From assembly GCF_021028975.2 (NCBI RefSeq), contig NC_059433.1:67208001-67272000 (forward strand): 64,000 nucleotides of DNA, given 5' to 3'. Origin of the DNA: Sphaerodactylus townsendi (Eukaryota). The notes under the pieces are model-generated. The model was not told where the DNA came from and searched no databases. It worked only from the letters and a program-made list of their open reading frames with translations. A program made the translations under genes and the position numbers. Positions 37,060 through 47,099 of this stretch are shown piece after piece. How positions within the stretch are numbered: the stretch's first letter is position 1; the number at the start of each line of letters is the position of its first letter.

Positions 37060-38001
37060 TCAAGTGTGGTTACTCTCAGTACAGCCTTCTTCTTCCTTGA
37101 AAACTTTCTGGAGGATCATCTTCATGTTCTCCTTACATCTAGACTTCCTTTGTCTCCCAACCAGAGTATAGATAGCTGGGTTTACACTGCTATTTAGACA
37201 GGCTAATAGTATTACACTGTATAATATGTATTCTGTAAAATGACTGAAATAGAAAATGTCGAAATAGAAAAGGATGAACATGGTATTTAATGGGAAAGCA
37301 AAGAAAAGGAAGAAGACCAGGGTGAGCAAGATGACGGTCAAAAGTTTCCTCCTCTGATGCTGTCGTGCTTTTAAACGGAGTTTAATGAACAGGGCCACAG
37401 TGGTAACAGTCATGATTGGAAGGCAAAGCAGCCCATTCACAATATATTGGAAATGTACCTCAATCCCAAAATATCCAGTAAATCTGAGAGTGTAGGTAAC
37501 TGCAGTTAGCAGGAAGGAGAGGACCCAGATGAGTGCACAAACAACACTGGACAAACACGTTGGCTGGTGGCATTTATGCCAAAGTGGGAAGAAGACGGCC
37601 ACACACCTGTCAATGCTGATAGCAGTCAGTAGAAATTGACTAGTGCTGTACGTTAATAAGAACAGGGCCATGAACAATGCGTAAGTAATGCGAAAACCAT
37701 AATGAAATATCAACAAGAAATTAACAGCATGAAATGTAGCTGATACAAGGACCCCCAGATCAGCAACGGCCAAGTTCAGAATGTAGATGATAAAAGGATT
37801 CTTCTTAATGTGGAAGCCAAGAAGTCGGATGACAACTCCGTTCCCCACGGCTCCCGAAAGGCAGATGAGGACCAATATCAAGCGATAAAGAACGTTCACA
37901 TTATTCTGGCTTTCATAATCAAAGGTATTATCATATTCGATGCTGTCATTTGGGAAAGAAGTATTATCAAGGTCGTTATCGTATTCCAGGACAGTATCCA
38001 T
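37060..38001 (-). CDS. MAS-related GPCR, type A, copy A3, 313 aa
   Basis: Full 7TM ORF with YILNLAVAD, ISIDRC, LNSSVNPAIY. Acceptor at 38089-38090. Confidence 0.95.
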   Translation of the reverse strand: MDTVLEYDNDLDNTSFPNDSIEYDNTFDYESQNNVNVLYRLILVLICLSGAVGNGVVIRLLGFHIKKNPFIIYILNLAVADLGVLVSATFHAVNFLLIFHYGFRITYALFMALFLLTYSTSQFLLTAISIDRCVAVFFPLWHKCHQPTCLSSVVCALIWVLSFLLTAVTYTLRFTGYFGIEVHFQYIVNGLLCLPIMTVTTVALFIKLRLKARQHQRRKLLTVILLTLVFFLFFAFPLNTMFILFYFDIFYFSHFTEYILYSVILLACLNSSVNPAIYTLVGRQRKSRCKENMKMILQKVFKEEEGCTESNHT

Positions 38002-39029
38002 AACGGAAAGGATCGTCAGGCTGATATTGGTTATGATGGTTAGTTTCTCTTTTCGGGATTTTTATCTTGACGCCTCGCCTTTACGCTTCTGTCAGGAGAA
38101 AGAACAATGCTTGATGAAATTCTTGTTTTATTGTCTCTATGTTTATCTCTCCCTATTAAGAAAGGAATGGTCCCAAATGCCATATCTCTGGATTTGCTTT
38201 TTGAGTTTTGTTTAACCACCTGTTCAAGTGTGAGATGCTAACTGCAAATGGTGTGTGCTTTTTATTATTTTTTGGTATTGAAGCCTAATAAAATATATAT
38301 TTAAAAATGAAATTTTTGTTTTGGAAATGCATGGCTAAAGGTTTCAGTCTGGGGTTGCTGAAGTTTTAAAAACATAGTTCTTTATATATTTTGTACCTAA
38401 TTCCTTTTCCTAATCTGAGGACGGGCTTAGAAAGAGGTTGAATACTTTTCTGATTCATGCATGAAATAAAATCATGCTGCATATCATAGAAATCTCACAC
38501 TTTAGCTTTATGCACCCATTAATTTGACTATTCTATGTTATGTCAATTTTTTTTTGCCAAGCCTATTTGCCGAAGTGAATACCAAGAATGTAATGTTTAA
38601 AGTTTCATGGTTTTCTAACATCGTAAAATTCTCTGTAGGCTGCAATCAACATAACCACTATTAATCCCTTGAATGCTGTTTTTCTGTTTTGTTCTCCCCA
38701 TATTGTTAACTGAGCCAATGCATAATATTTGCCATTTCAATAAATAGTTTCCACAAACTGTGACGCTACATGACCACCGCATGCATTGGCTCATATATGC
38801 CTTAATGGTAAAAAATGATAAATATAGTCTGTGCAATAACTTGGCTATTACTGACCTATGAGTAAAGGTCACATCGTAACATTTACTAAACCAGCGATGG
38901 CGAACCTATGGCACGGGTGCCAGAGGTGGCACTCAGAGCCCTCTCTGTGGGCACACACAGAGTTCATCATGTGGGGGGGAAATCACCCCCCCCCCCACAT
39001 CTAGGTTGGCCTGTGCCACTGGGCTCGAT

Positions 39030-39119
39030 NNNNNNNNNNNNNNNNNNNNNNNNNNNNNNNNNNNNNNNNNNNNNNNNNNNNNNNNNNNNNNNNNNNNNNN
39101 NNNNNNNNNNNNNNNNNNN
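39030..39119. other. Assembly gap (others: 10209-10301, 47224-47416, 53275-53404, 63492-63627)
   Basis: Runs of N. Confidence 1.
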
Positions 39120-39259
39120 AAGATGGCTTGTTCGGCAGTGTGGTCCCCATTCACCGGATTAGGCTACTGTTAGGTGGTGAGGAGATGAAAGAGGGAGACT
39201 CAGTGAGAAGTCACAACCCTTGTTAAGGCAGAAGCTCTGGCTGTGGATTGGGCAAGATT

Positions 39260-39349
39260 ATGACAAGCAAAGAGGAGGGGGTGTTAAAGGTTCCTGAGGA
39301 GATGTTCAAAGATGCCAAGTTCTGTGCAGTAAGAGACAAAGACTCCCAG
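39260..39349 (+). pseudogene. PAXIP1: PAXIP1 exon 1 duplicate, copy 4 (ATG, frame and donor intact)
   Basis: [36 protein letters not shown], 30 codons, phase 0. Confidence 0.8.
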
Positions 39350-39865
39350 GTAACCTCCCTTGGCCTTACTAATCTTCCTCCTTCCCCTGGCCAAGTCACC
39401 CTCCGTTCTTCTACCTGCAGGACCTTCCAATTCCTTGTCATCACCTTCTTACTTCAATAATTGCCTATTGATAGTGGTGGCCACGATAGGCTTTGGGCAC
39501 ACAAGACCTTGATGGGACTTAGGACGCATGCTAAATATAGGAGGAGAAGAGTTTTGGAGTTGGTGACTATTAATGGTTTAGAATGCCTGATATGCCCCTC
39601 TTTCCCATCTCCCGGTCTTGTGCTCTGTTGAGGTGTTGCAAGCCCTGGAGCAGCCTGGAGTGGAATGGAGAGGAATAGGATAGAGCCCCACCACTTTGAA
39701 ACTGGGGGACATGTTATGCTCAGCCACGAGTACACCTGCCCCCCCTCCTTGATAGGTTTGGTCTTTCCCAAAGAGCCTGATTTGATTTCACACATTTGGA
39801 AAGGGAGATACAAATAATCAGGTAATGCAAATGTCTCCTATCTTCCAAGTAACTGTTTGAGCCAG

Positions 39866-40011
39866 CCGTGGTGGCGAACCTTTGGCACTCCAGATGTTAT
39901 GGACTATAATTCCCATCAGCCCCTGCCAGAATGGCCAATTGGCCATGCTGTCAGGGGCTGATGGGAATTGTAGTCCATAACATCTGGAGTGCCAAAGGTT
40001 CGCCACCACTG
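39866..40011. mobile_element. Palindromic hAT-type MITE
   Basis: The whole 146 bp forms a near-perfect hairpin with a cagtggtggcgaacc terminus. Confidence 0.75.
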
Positions 40012-40345
40012 GCCTAGAGGTTCTGCAGGACTAAATAAACCTTATGAATTCTCCAATTCTTAGCATTTTCTAGTCTCTTCCATTTCCTGACCCATCTGTA
40101 GCTTCATCATGTGACTCTAGAAGACTCTGATTAGCAGACTGAACAAACATGATCATCTTCCTATCTCTTCCTCTCGAGGATATGTTTATGAGAAATAATG
40201 CTTTCTCACTGTACATCTGAGTGAGTCAATAATTCTTTCCTTTTATCACTAGTTCTCTGTGGTTTGAAATGATCTTCTAATGCCATAAAAGAACAAAATG
40301 GGCCTCATCGTGTTTCCTCCCCAACTAGATCGTGATCTTTGATCT

Positions 40346-40778
40346 AGGTAGGGAACCTGCGGCTCGAGAGCCGCATGCGGCTCTTCTGCTCTTGCACTGT
40401 GGCTCCTCGAGCCGAGCCGCCAGCTCCATCCTTGCCTGGCCTGCAGGCAGCAGGGTGGGCGCACCAAATGCCCATGGTCAGCTGGGCCGCACCGCGGGCT
40501 TCCCCTCTCGCCCGCCTCGTTGGAGCGGGGCGGGTGCTTTCCCGGCGGCCGGTGAGGCCAAGCTGCCGGCTTCATCCTTGCCCGCCCTGCAGACAGCAGG
40601 GCGGGCGCATCCATGTGCTTCTCAGAATGAGCGGAGTAAAAGGTAAAAAAAACCCTATATATATATAGTGTTATCTTTATTTTAAATGTCAAAAATTATT
40701 TGCAGCTCCAAGTGTTTTCTTTTCCCATGGAAAATGGGTCCAAATGGCTCTTTGACCATTAAAGGTTCCCTACCCCTG
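40346..40778 (+). mobile_element. hAT (Charlie-like) MITE at a rearrangement junction
   Basis: ggtagggaacctgcggctc...aggttccctacccctg termini. Confidence 0.65.
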
Positions 40779-40824
40779 GCTTAGATAGAGGTTGAGTACT
40801 GTTCTGATTCATGCATGAAATAAA

Positions 40825-41114
40825 ATTGTAGATATTGGGGTCTTCATAGTCAGCATTTTGGAATATATATATATATATATATATATGGTATATGATTTTT
40901 TTTAATGGCAATCTCTCCTGGAGCTGTTTCTCCTCAGCAACATTACACATCTATTTATGTGTACTCATTGCTGTATAGCGCTGATCAGCTTCTCTTGACA
41001 GCCATCAGTGTGGACAGGTGCATGGCGGTCCTCTTCCCAGTTTGACATCGATTTCACCAGCAACCACACTTGTCCAGAACTGCATGTATCTTCACATGGG
41101 TTCTCTCCTTCCTG
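40825..41114 (+). pseudogene. Internal type B MRGPR fragment (TM2-TM4)
   Basis: DIGV..., YSADQLLLTAISVDRCMAVLFPV* (TGA at 41043), HLSRT...WVLSFL. Contains a (TA)n expansion. Confidence 0.85.
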
Positions 41115-41264
41115 CCAGGGACGTATCTGCAATGGGAACATGGGGAGTCCAATATCCCCGGGCGCTCCCTTGCACAGTGGACTACATTTATCACGTTTTA
41201 CCTTTAAGGGATGTATATCTGCATGCGGTGGTTGTGTCCTGTAGGGTCACAGTTTGTGGGAACT

Positions 41265-41860
41265 ATTTATTTTATTTTTTTTATTTTATTAAACTTATAG
41301 GCCGCCTATCCCCGAAGGGCTCAAGGCGGCTTCCAACATGGCTGTTACATAGACAGCAATCAACAACATAAAATACTAAAATCATTAAAACCTAAGAACT
41401 AAGCAGCAGTTTACTACAGAACTATAGGTTAAGCAACCCAGTTCATAAATTAATTAAGACAGGCGCCCCGCCGAAGGCCATTAAAAGAAGAAAAAGGGGA
41501 GGGAGTAAGTAGGGCCTGGGATGGAATTTATAAGTAAGACAGGCCCAGCTTTAATAGAATGGAACGGCAGTCTCAGTTTTGATTTCAATTCCAGTGTCGA
41601 TAGGGGGCAGTAGATCCACGGCCGGCCTCCCTGAAAGCCCGGTGGAAAAGCTCCGTCTTGCAGGCCCTGCGGAACTTATTAAGGTCCCGCAGGGCCCGCA
41701 CAGCCGGAGGTAAGGCATTCCACCAGGCAGGGGCCAGAGCCGTAAAGGCTCTGGCCCGGCTGGGAGGGCCAGCCGCAGACATTGCAGGACCAGGGGGTCA
41801 CCAGTAGATCTGCCGTTGCCGAGCGCAGCGACCTATGTGGGACATAAGGGGGCCTATGTG
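41265..41860 (-). mobile_element. L2-type LINE 3' fragment
   Basis: RSLRS...RARAFTALAPAWWNALP...FRRACKTELF followed by an (AATA)n tail. Confidence 0.8.
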
Positions 41861-42536
41861 GGACATATTTATAAAAACAGCAAATATTACGCCTTGGCTC
41901 AGTTAACAATATGGGGAGAACAAAACAGAAAAACGGCATCCAAGGGATTAATTGTGATTGCGTTGATTGCAGCCCACAGAGAACAGTAAAATGTTAGAAA
42001 ACCACAAAACATTACATTCTTGGTATTCACTGTGGCTAATAGCCTTGGCAAAAAAAAAAAAGGCACATCAACATAGACTAGTCAAAGGTAATACTGATTT
42101 GAAACTGGTAATAGGTTAAGGGCCATGTTATATGATTGCTGTCTGAATAACAGCCATGTTGTGAGCCGCCTCGAGCCCTTCGGGGGGTGAGGCGGCCTAG
42201 AAGTCAAATAATAAATCAATAAATAATAAAGTATGAGATTTCTGTGATACGCAGCATGATTTTATTTCATGCTTGAATCACAACAACATTCAACCTCTCT
42301 CTAAGCTCTTTCCCAGATTAGGAAAAGGAATTAGGTTCAAAATATATAAAGAATTATGTTTTTTTTAAAAAAGCAACACCAGACTGAAACCTTTAGCCAT
42401 GCATTTGAAAAACAAGAATTTAATCATGCAGTGTTCTTTCTCCTAACAGAGCTGTAAAGGCGAGGAGTCAAGACGAAAATCCCGAAAACGGAAACTGAGC
42501 ATCATAACGGATATTGGCCTGACGATCCTTTCCATT

Positions 42537-43445
42537 ATGGATACTGCCCTGGAATATAATAACTACCTTGATAACACTTCTTTCCCAAATGACAGCACTG
42601 AATATAATAATATCTTTGATGATGAAAGCGCGAATAATATAGAAGTTTTTAGTATCTTGCTGTTGGTCATCTGCTTTTTGGGAGCCATGGGGAATGGAAC
42701 TGTCATCTGGCTTCTTGGCTTCTGCATTAAGAGGAATCCTTTTATCATCTACATCTTGAACTTGGCTGTTGCTGATCTTGGGTTCCTTTTATCAACGACA
42801 TTTCGCATTGTTACTTTCCAGTTTCATGATGGTTTTTACTTTACTTACGAGTTCCTGTTCACATCAATGTACAGTGCGAGTCAATTTCTACTCACTGCAA
42901 TCAGCATTGACAGGTGTGTGGCCGTCTTCTTCCCACTTTGGTATAAAGGCCACCAGCCAAAATGGTTGTCCCGTTTTGTTTGTGCACTCCTATGGGTCCT
43001 CTCCTTCCTGCTAACTGCAGTTACCTGCACTCTCTTAATAGCTGGATATTTCGGGATTGAACTATATTTCCAATGTATTGTGAACGGGCTGCTTTGCCTT
43101 CCAATCATGACTGTTACCTCTGTGGCCCTGTTCATTAAACTCCGTTTTAAAGCACGGCAGCATCAGAGGAGGAAGCTTTTGACCGTGGTCTTGCTCACCC
43201 TGGTCTTCTTCCTTCTCTTTGCTTTTCCATTAAATACCATTTTCATCCTCAGCCATTTCATTTTCCATGAAGACAACTTGTTAAACAGTGCCGTGGTATT
43301 AGCCTGTCTAAATAGCAGTGTAAACCCAGCTATTTATACCCTGGTTGGGAGACAAAGGAAGTCTAGACATAAGGAGAGCATGAAGATGATCCTCCAGAAA
43401 GTTTTCAAGGAAGAAGAAGGCTGTACTGAAAGGAACCCCAGTTGA
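42537..43445 (+). CDS. MAS-related GPCR, type A, copy A4, 302 aa
   Basis: Full 7TM ORF with the same motifs. Acceptor tgttctttctcctaacAG at 42448-42449. Confidence 0.95.
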   Translation: MDTALEYNNYLDNTSFPNDSTEYNNIFDDESANNIEVFSILLLVICFLGAMGNGTVIWLLGFCIKRNPFIIYILNLAVADLGFLLSTTFRIVTFQFHDGFYFTYEFLFTSMYSASQFLLTAISIDRCVAVFFPLWYKGHQPKWLSRFVCALLWVLSFLLTAVTCTLLIAGYFGIELYFQCIVNGLLCLPIMTVTSVALFIKLRFKARQHQRRKLLTVVLLTLVFFLLFAFPLNTIFILSHFIFHEDNLLNSAVVLACLNSSVNPAIYTLVGRQRKSRHKESMKMILQKVFKEEEGCTERNPS

Positions 43446-43693
43446 GACCCAAATATGATGCCTTTACAAGAGCCAAAAGCTTCATCCTTTGTCACAGGAA
43501 GATTTGATTGTGTTTCTAGACCACATGAGGAAAAGCTGTAGGGGAATGACATATTCTGTACCAAAGTTCTTAAATGAGCTCTCTGTCTCTAGATAGTTCC
43601 TGATGTCATTGGGAATGCATAGCATCTGCAACTGGGAAGAAAGTCTTAGAACAACATTATGCTCTTTCACTGGGGCCCTACTGTTCTCTCTTA

Positions 43694-44206
43694 GGGGCTT
43701 TCCGCACTGATAGAGTTGTACTGGTTTCTATCTAAGTTCACCTCAGTGTATCCGCACTGCAACTGAGCTCAACGTTGTTTTGTCTCAGTTCCCCCGCCCC
43801 CTCGGAACTGTGACATCCCTGTCGCAGTTATGAACTGCACCTTTCTGCTGGAACAAGGTCGATACCGCGTCAAAGCTTCGAAGTGCAGACGCATCGAAAC
43901 GACACCTCATCCGTTCAACCAATCAGGAGCCGCTTTTGTGGCATGCGCAGAACGGGAGAATCATGGCGGGCATGTAACTGTAAACTGTAAACTGTAAAAA
44001 CTGTAAAAACAAAAAGAACGCTCCCTTTCCCCGTGGTAGCACAAGCTCCAATCACGATCGAGGAGCGAAACAGGCACCAAGATGATCCCGCCCACTTAGC
44101 TCGGTTCCAGGGGGCCAAGTAAGTTGCTGTGCGGACAGCCTGGAATCGCCGCCCACTGAAGGGAACCGAGTCGACCTTAGCTCCCTTCTTTAATGCGGAA
44201 AGCCCC
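43694..44206 (+). mobile_element. Harbinger-type MITE
   Basis: TIR ggggctttccgca...tgcggaaagcccc; flanks tta/ttt. Confidence 0.7.
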
Positions 44207-44805
44207 TTTTTTAGTTGTTGGGCACTATCCTCTGTTTGAAATGCTTTATTAGGATGGTACGCTGTTTAATGTACCCTAGGATGGACCGCTGTTTTAATGT
44301 ACACCAGTACTGAAGGTACAGTGTTTGTTTATTTTTATTATCTGATGTTGTTTGTTTTTCTGTTGTGAACCGCCCTGAGCCCTCTGGGGGAGGGCGGAAT
44401 AAAAGTTGAATAATAAATAAATAAATAAATATAATCATAGAAACCTAGGATGTACTTCAATCCTTACCATAAACATTTAGAATCCAGATTTGTTCCTCTC
44501 ACCAAGGCAAAACAAGAGAAACAAGAAGGAATTCTTATAGCATTTCCATATTTGGCAGTTGTTCTCTGCACCAGCCGAACCAAAGTTCTGCACATGCAGA
44601 ATAATGCACTTTCAATCCACTTTGCTCCGGCAAACGGGGAGCTGGTAGGCCAGGCCCAGCCATATATAAACTGCCTAGGCCCACCTCCCCAGTGGCGTCG
44701 GGGCGCCCAGTGTCACTGCTCAGCGCCCTTGAGACTTGCCGTGCATAAATGGCCCGGCGAGCCTGAAAACCTCGCAAGCAATGGAAAGCTCGCAAGGCCA
44801 TGGGG

Positions 44806-45626
44806 TACCACTGTGGCCCTGTTCATTAAAACTCCATTTAAAAGCACGGCAGCATCAGGGGAGGAAGCTTTTGATGGCTGTCTCACTCACCCTTCTTTTC
44901 ATTGCTTTTCCATTAAATGCCATTTTCCTCCTCAGCATGGCCGCTTCCACACGGTGGCAGAAGTGCTTGGGTCGGCGTACTCCACGCCGACCCGACGCCG
45001 CTGGGACCGTTCGCACGAATGGTCCCAGAAAGAGCCAGGAAGACGGCGCCGCAGAGCGCCGTTGCCCGGCCGACCCGGCATGTTGCTGGCCATCCGGCCT
45101 GGCGCGGAGGCCTGGAGACACGCCCCCTGTCCCTGTGCGACTGCTCCAGCCTCGGTGACGCGCCGGACGGCCGGAGTCAAGGTAAGTGAAGGGGGAGGGG
45201 GGAAGGCACCTTGGAGCTGCTGCCGTGTGAACAGCAGTGGCTCCAAGCCGGCGTTTCCCAAAAACCTCGCTGGGGAAGTGACGTTGGGAAACGCCTGCTT
45301 CACGCCGGTCGGGCGGCTCGAGGGTGGCACGGCTGCGCAGCAGCTGCGCCCCCTGTGCGAATGGCACACTGGGGATGGCATTTTTGCCGTCCCCAGGCCA
45401 CCATATTCCTCCCGTGCGGAAGGGGCCCATGTTATTTTCAGGTTATATATCAATACACCTAACATACACTGCAATTCGATTCGCCTGTCTAAATAGCAGT
45501 GTAAACCCAGCTATTTATATCCTGTTTGGGAGACAAAGGAAGTCTAGACGTAAGGAGATCATGAAGATGATCCTCCAGAATGTTTTCAAGGAAGAAGAAG
45601 GCAGCACTGAGAGGAACCCAGGTTGA
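44806..45626 (+). pseudogene. Truncated type A MRGPR pseudogene (TM5 to C-terminus only)
   Basis: TTVALFIK, then a frameshift, then KARQHQGRKLL and ACLNSSVNPAIY...QNVFKEEEGSTERNPG*. No 5' half. Interrupted by a MITE at 44939-45427. Closest to A1. Confidence 0.9.
44939..45427 (+). mobile_element. Harbinger-type element inserted in the MRGPR pseudogene
   Basis: TIRs, TSD CAT; same family as 2097-2587 and 25432-25968. Confidence 0.85.
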
Positions 45627-46139
45627 AACCCAGATAGGATGCCATTCCAAGAGCCAAAAGCTTCATTCTTTGTCACAGGAAGATTCCATTGTATTTCGAC
45701 ATCGCATGAGGAAAAGCTGCAAAAATCCTGTGTGTTTGCTTGTCAAGTTTAGGGGACTTTCTTCCCAAGATAGCAAGTCTAGAATTGCACACTTAATCTT
45801 TTTCTGAAAGGTTTATATATAAGGTTTATATACTACACACTTCTTGCTCCTATTGTAAAATATAGACCAAGTAACCAGATAATATTAATAAAATGCTAGA
45901 CTGCATATTCCTTGAACATTTGCTTAACGGCAAGAATTTCCTGTCTAATAGCTTGTTGATGGCATTTTCACAAATGCAAATAAACTGTTGTATAAGACAC
46001 CTGGCTATCTATTCTCTTGTCATGTAGTTTCACAGAGAAATAGGGGGAAAAAAACTGTTGGTTCTCAAGTTAATCATTTGCAGACCCAAATTAAATTCTA
46101 TGGGGGTAACCAATGTTTGTTCACAGTAGTAGAACTATT

Positions 46140-46816
46140 GCGTGCAGATGGTGAGACCCTTCTCCGGCAAATGAAAACACTACAATGACAGGCTTGGAAA
46201 ATGGATTGGGCCGCAGCCCAATTTATTAATATATAACAACATAACTATTTACAGAGAAGCTGGGCAGCAAACGGGTCACAACATCAAATGATCCCCAATC
46301 TCCATTGGGGCCACCTGCAGGAAGCGGGAGCCCCAGGGGCAAACCCCTGGCTTCAACCCTTCCTGCTGCTGCTGAGGAGGCGGGCACCAGCTAAGCCTAC
46401 CGGCCGCCTACCAGCCCGCCATCCTCCCCAAGCTTGCTGGGGTGTCGGGCACCAGTTAAACCTACCGGCTGCCTACCGTCCCGACCCAACCCCACTCCAT
46501 GGGGTGTCGGGCACCGGCTAAGCCTACCGGCTTGCCTACCAGCCCGCCACACCCCCCGGCCCTTCCACAGGGCACAAGCATGGAAGAACCGGCCGGGTGG
46601 CTCGGTTTCTCCCCAGATGTTGCGACTCCTGTTGCCAACCCGCCACGAGCTGCCCCCTGCAGCTCCCGCCCAAGCCTGAGTTAACTGGAGAAGGGTGTGC
46701 CAGATGGACTGCAGCCACAGGTCCATCCCCCACTCAGACAGATGCACTCCGTCTGACCTGTAAAGCCCATGGTTCTCATAAGAGATGTCAGGGTGATAAG
46801 CCACCGCACCCCCAAA
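46140..46816 (-). mobile_element. 3' fragment of an SGNH-hydrolase-bearing retroelement (Ngaro/DIRS-like)
   Basis: LYRSDGVHLSEWGMDLW (SGNH block V DxxH), short tandem repeats, then AATAAAttgggctgcggcc. Confidence 0.55.
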
Positions 46817-47099
46817 GGACCCAAATTAAATTCCATGGTGGTAACCAATGTTTGTTCACAGTAGTAGAACTATTTATTATTTATTTTATTCCTTTACTCA
46901 TTTGATTTATGAGATGCCGCTCAATAACTCCTTCTGTTGCACAGTGTGGAATAATTTTGACTTTCCCCTTCAAGCACCTGCTGAAACTTGGATTGTGGAG
47001 ATCGCAAGAAAGAGGAAAGAATCAAAGCGCAGCAACAAGGCCTTTAAAAGTGGGAAGAGGTAAGCGAGTTAAACAATTATGTTCATGATGGAGGGCAGC

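Larger units (their letters stand above)
26340..39029. repeat. Segmental duplication unit 2
   Basis: Colinear with 10302-23169; ends at the gap inside a shared hAT MITE. Confidence 0.92.

Noticed and set aside
44450-45496. 348-aa ORF
   Set aside because: A chance composite across a 3' flank, a MITE fragment, pseudogene sequence that is mostly out of frame and a GC-rich MITE; no coherent domain.
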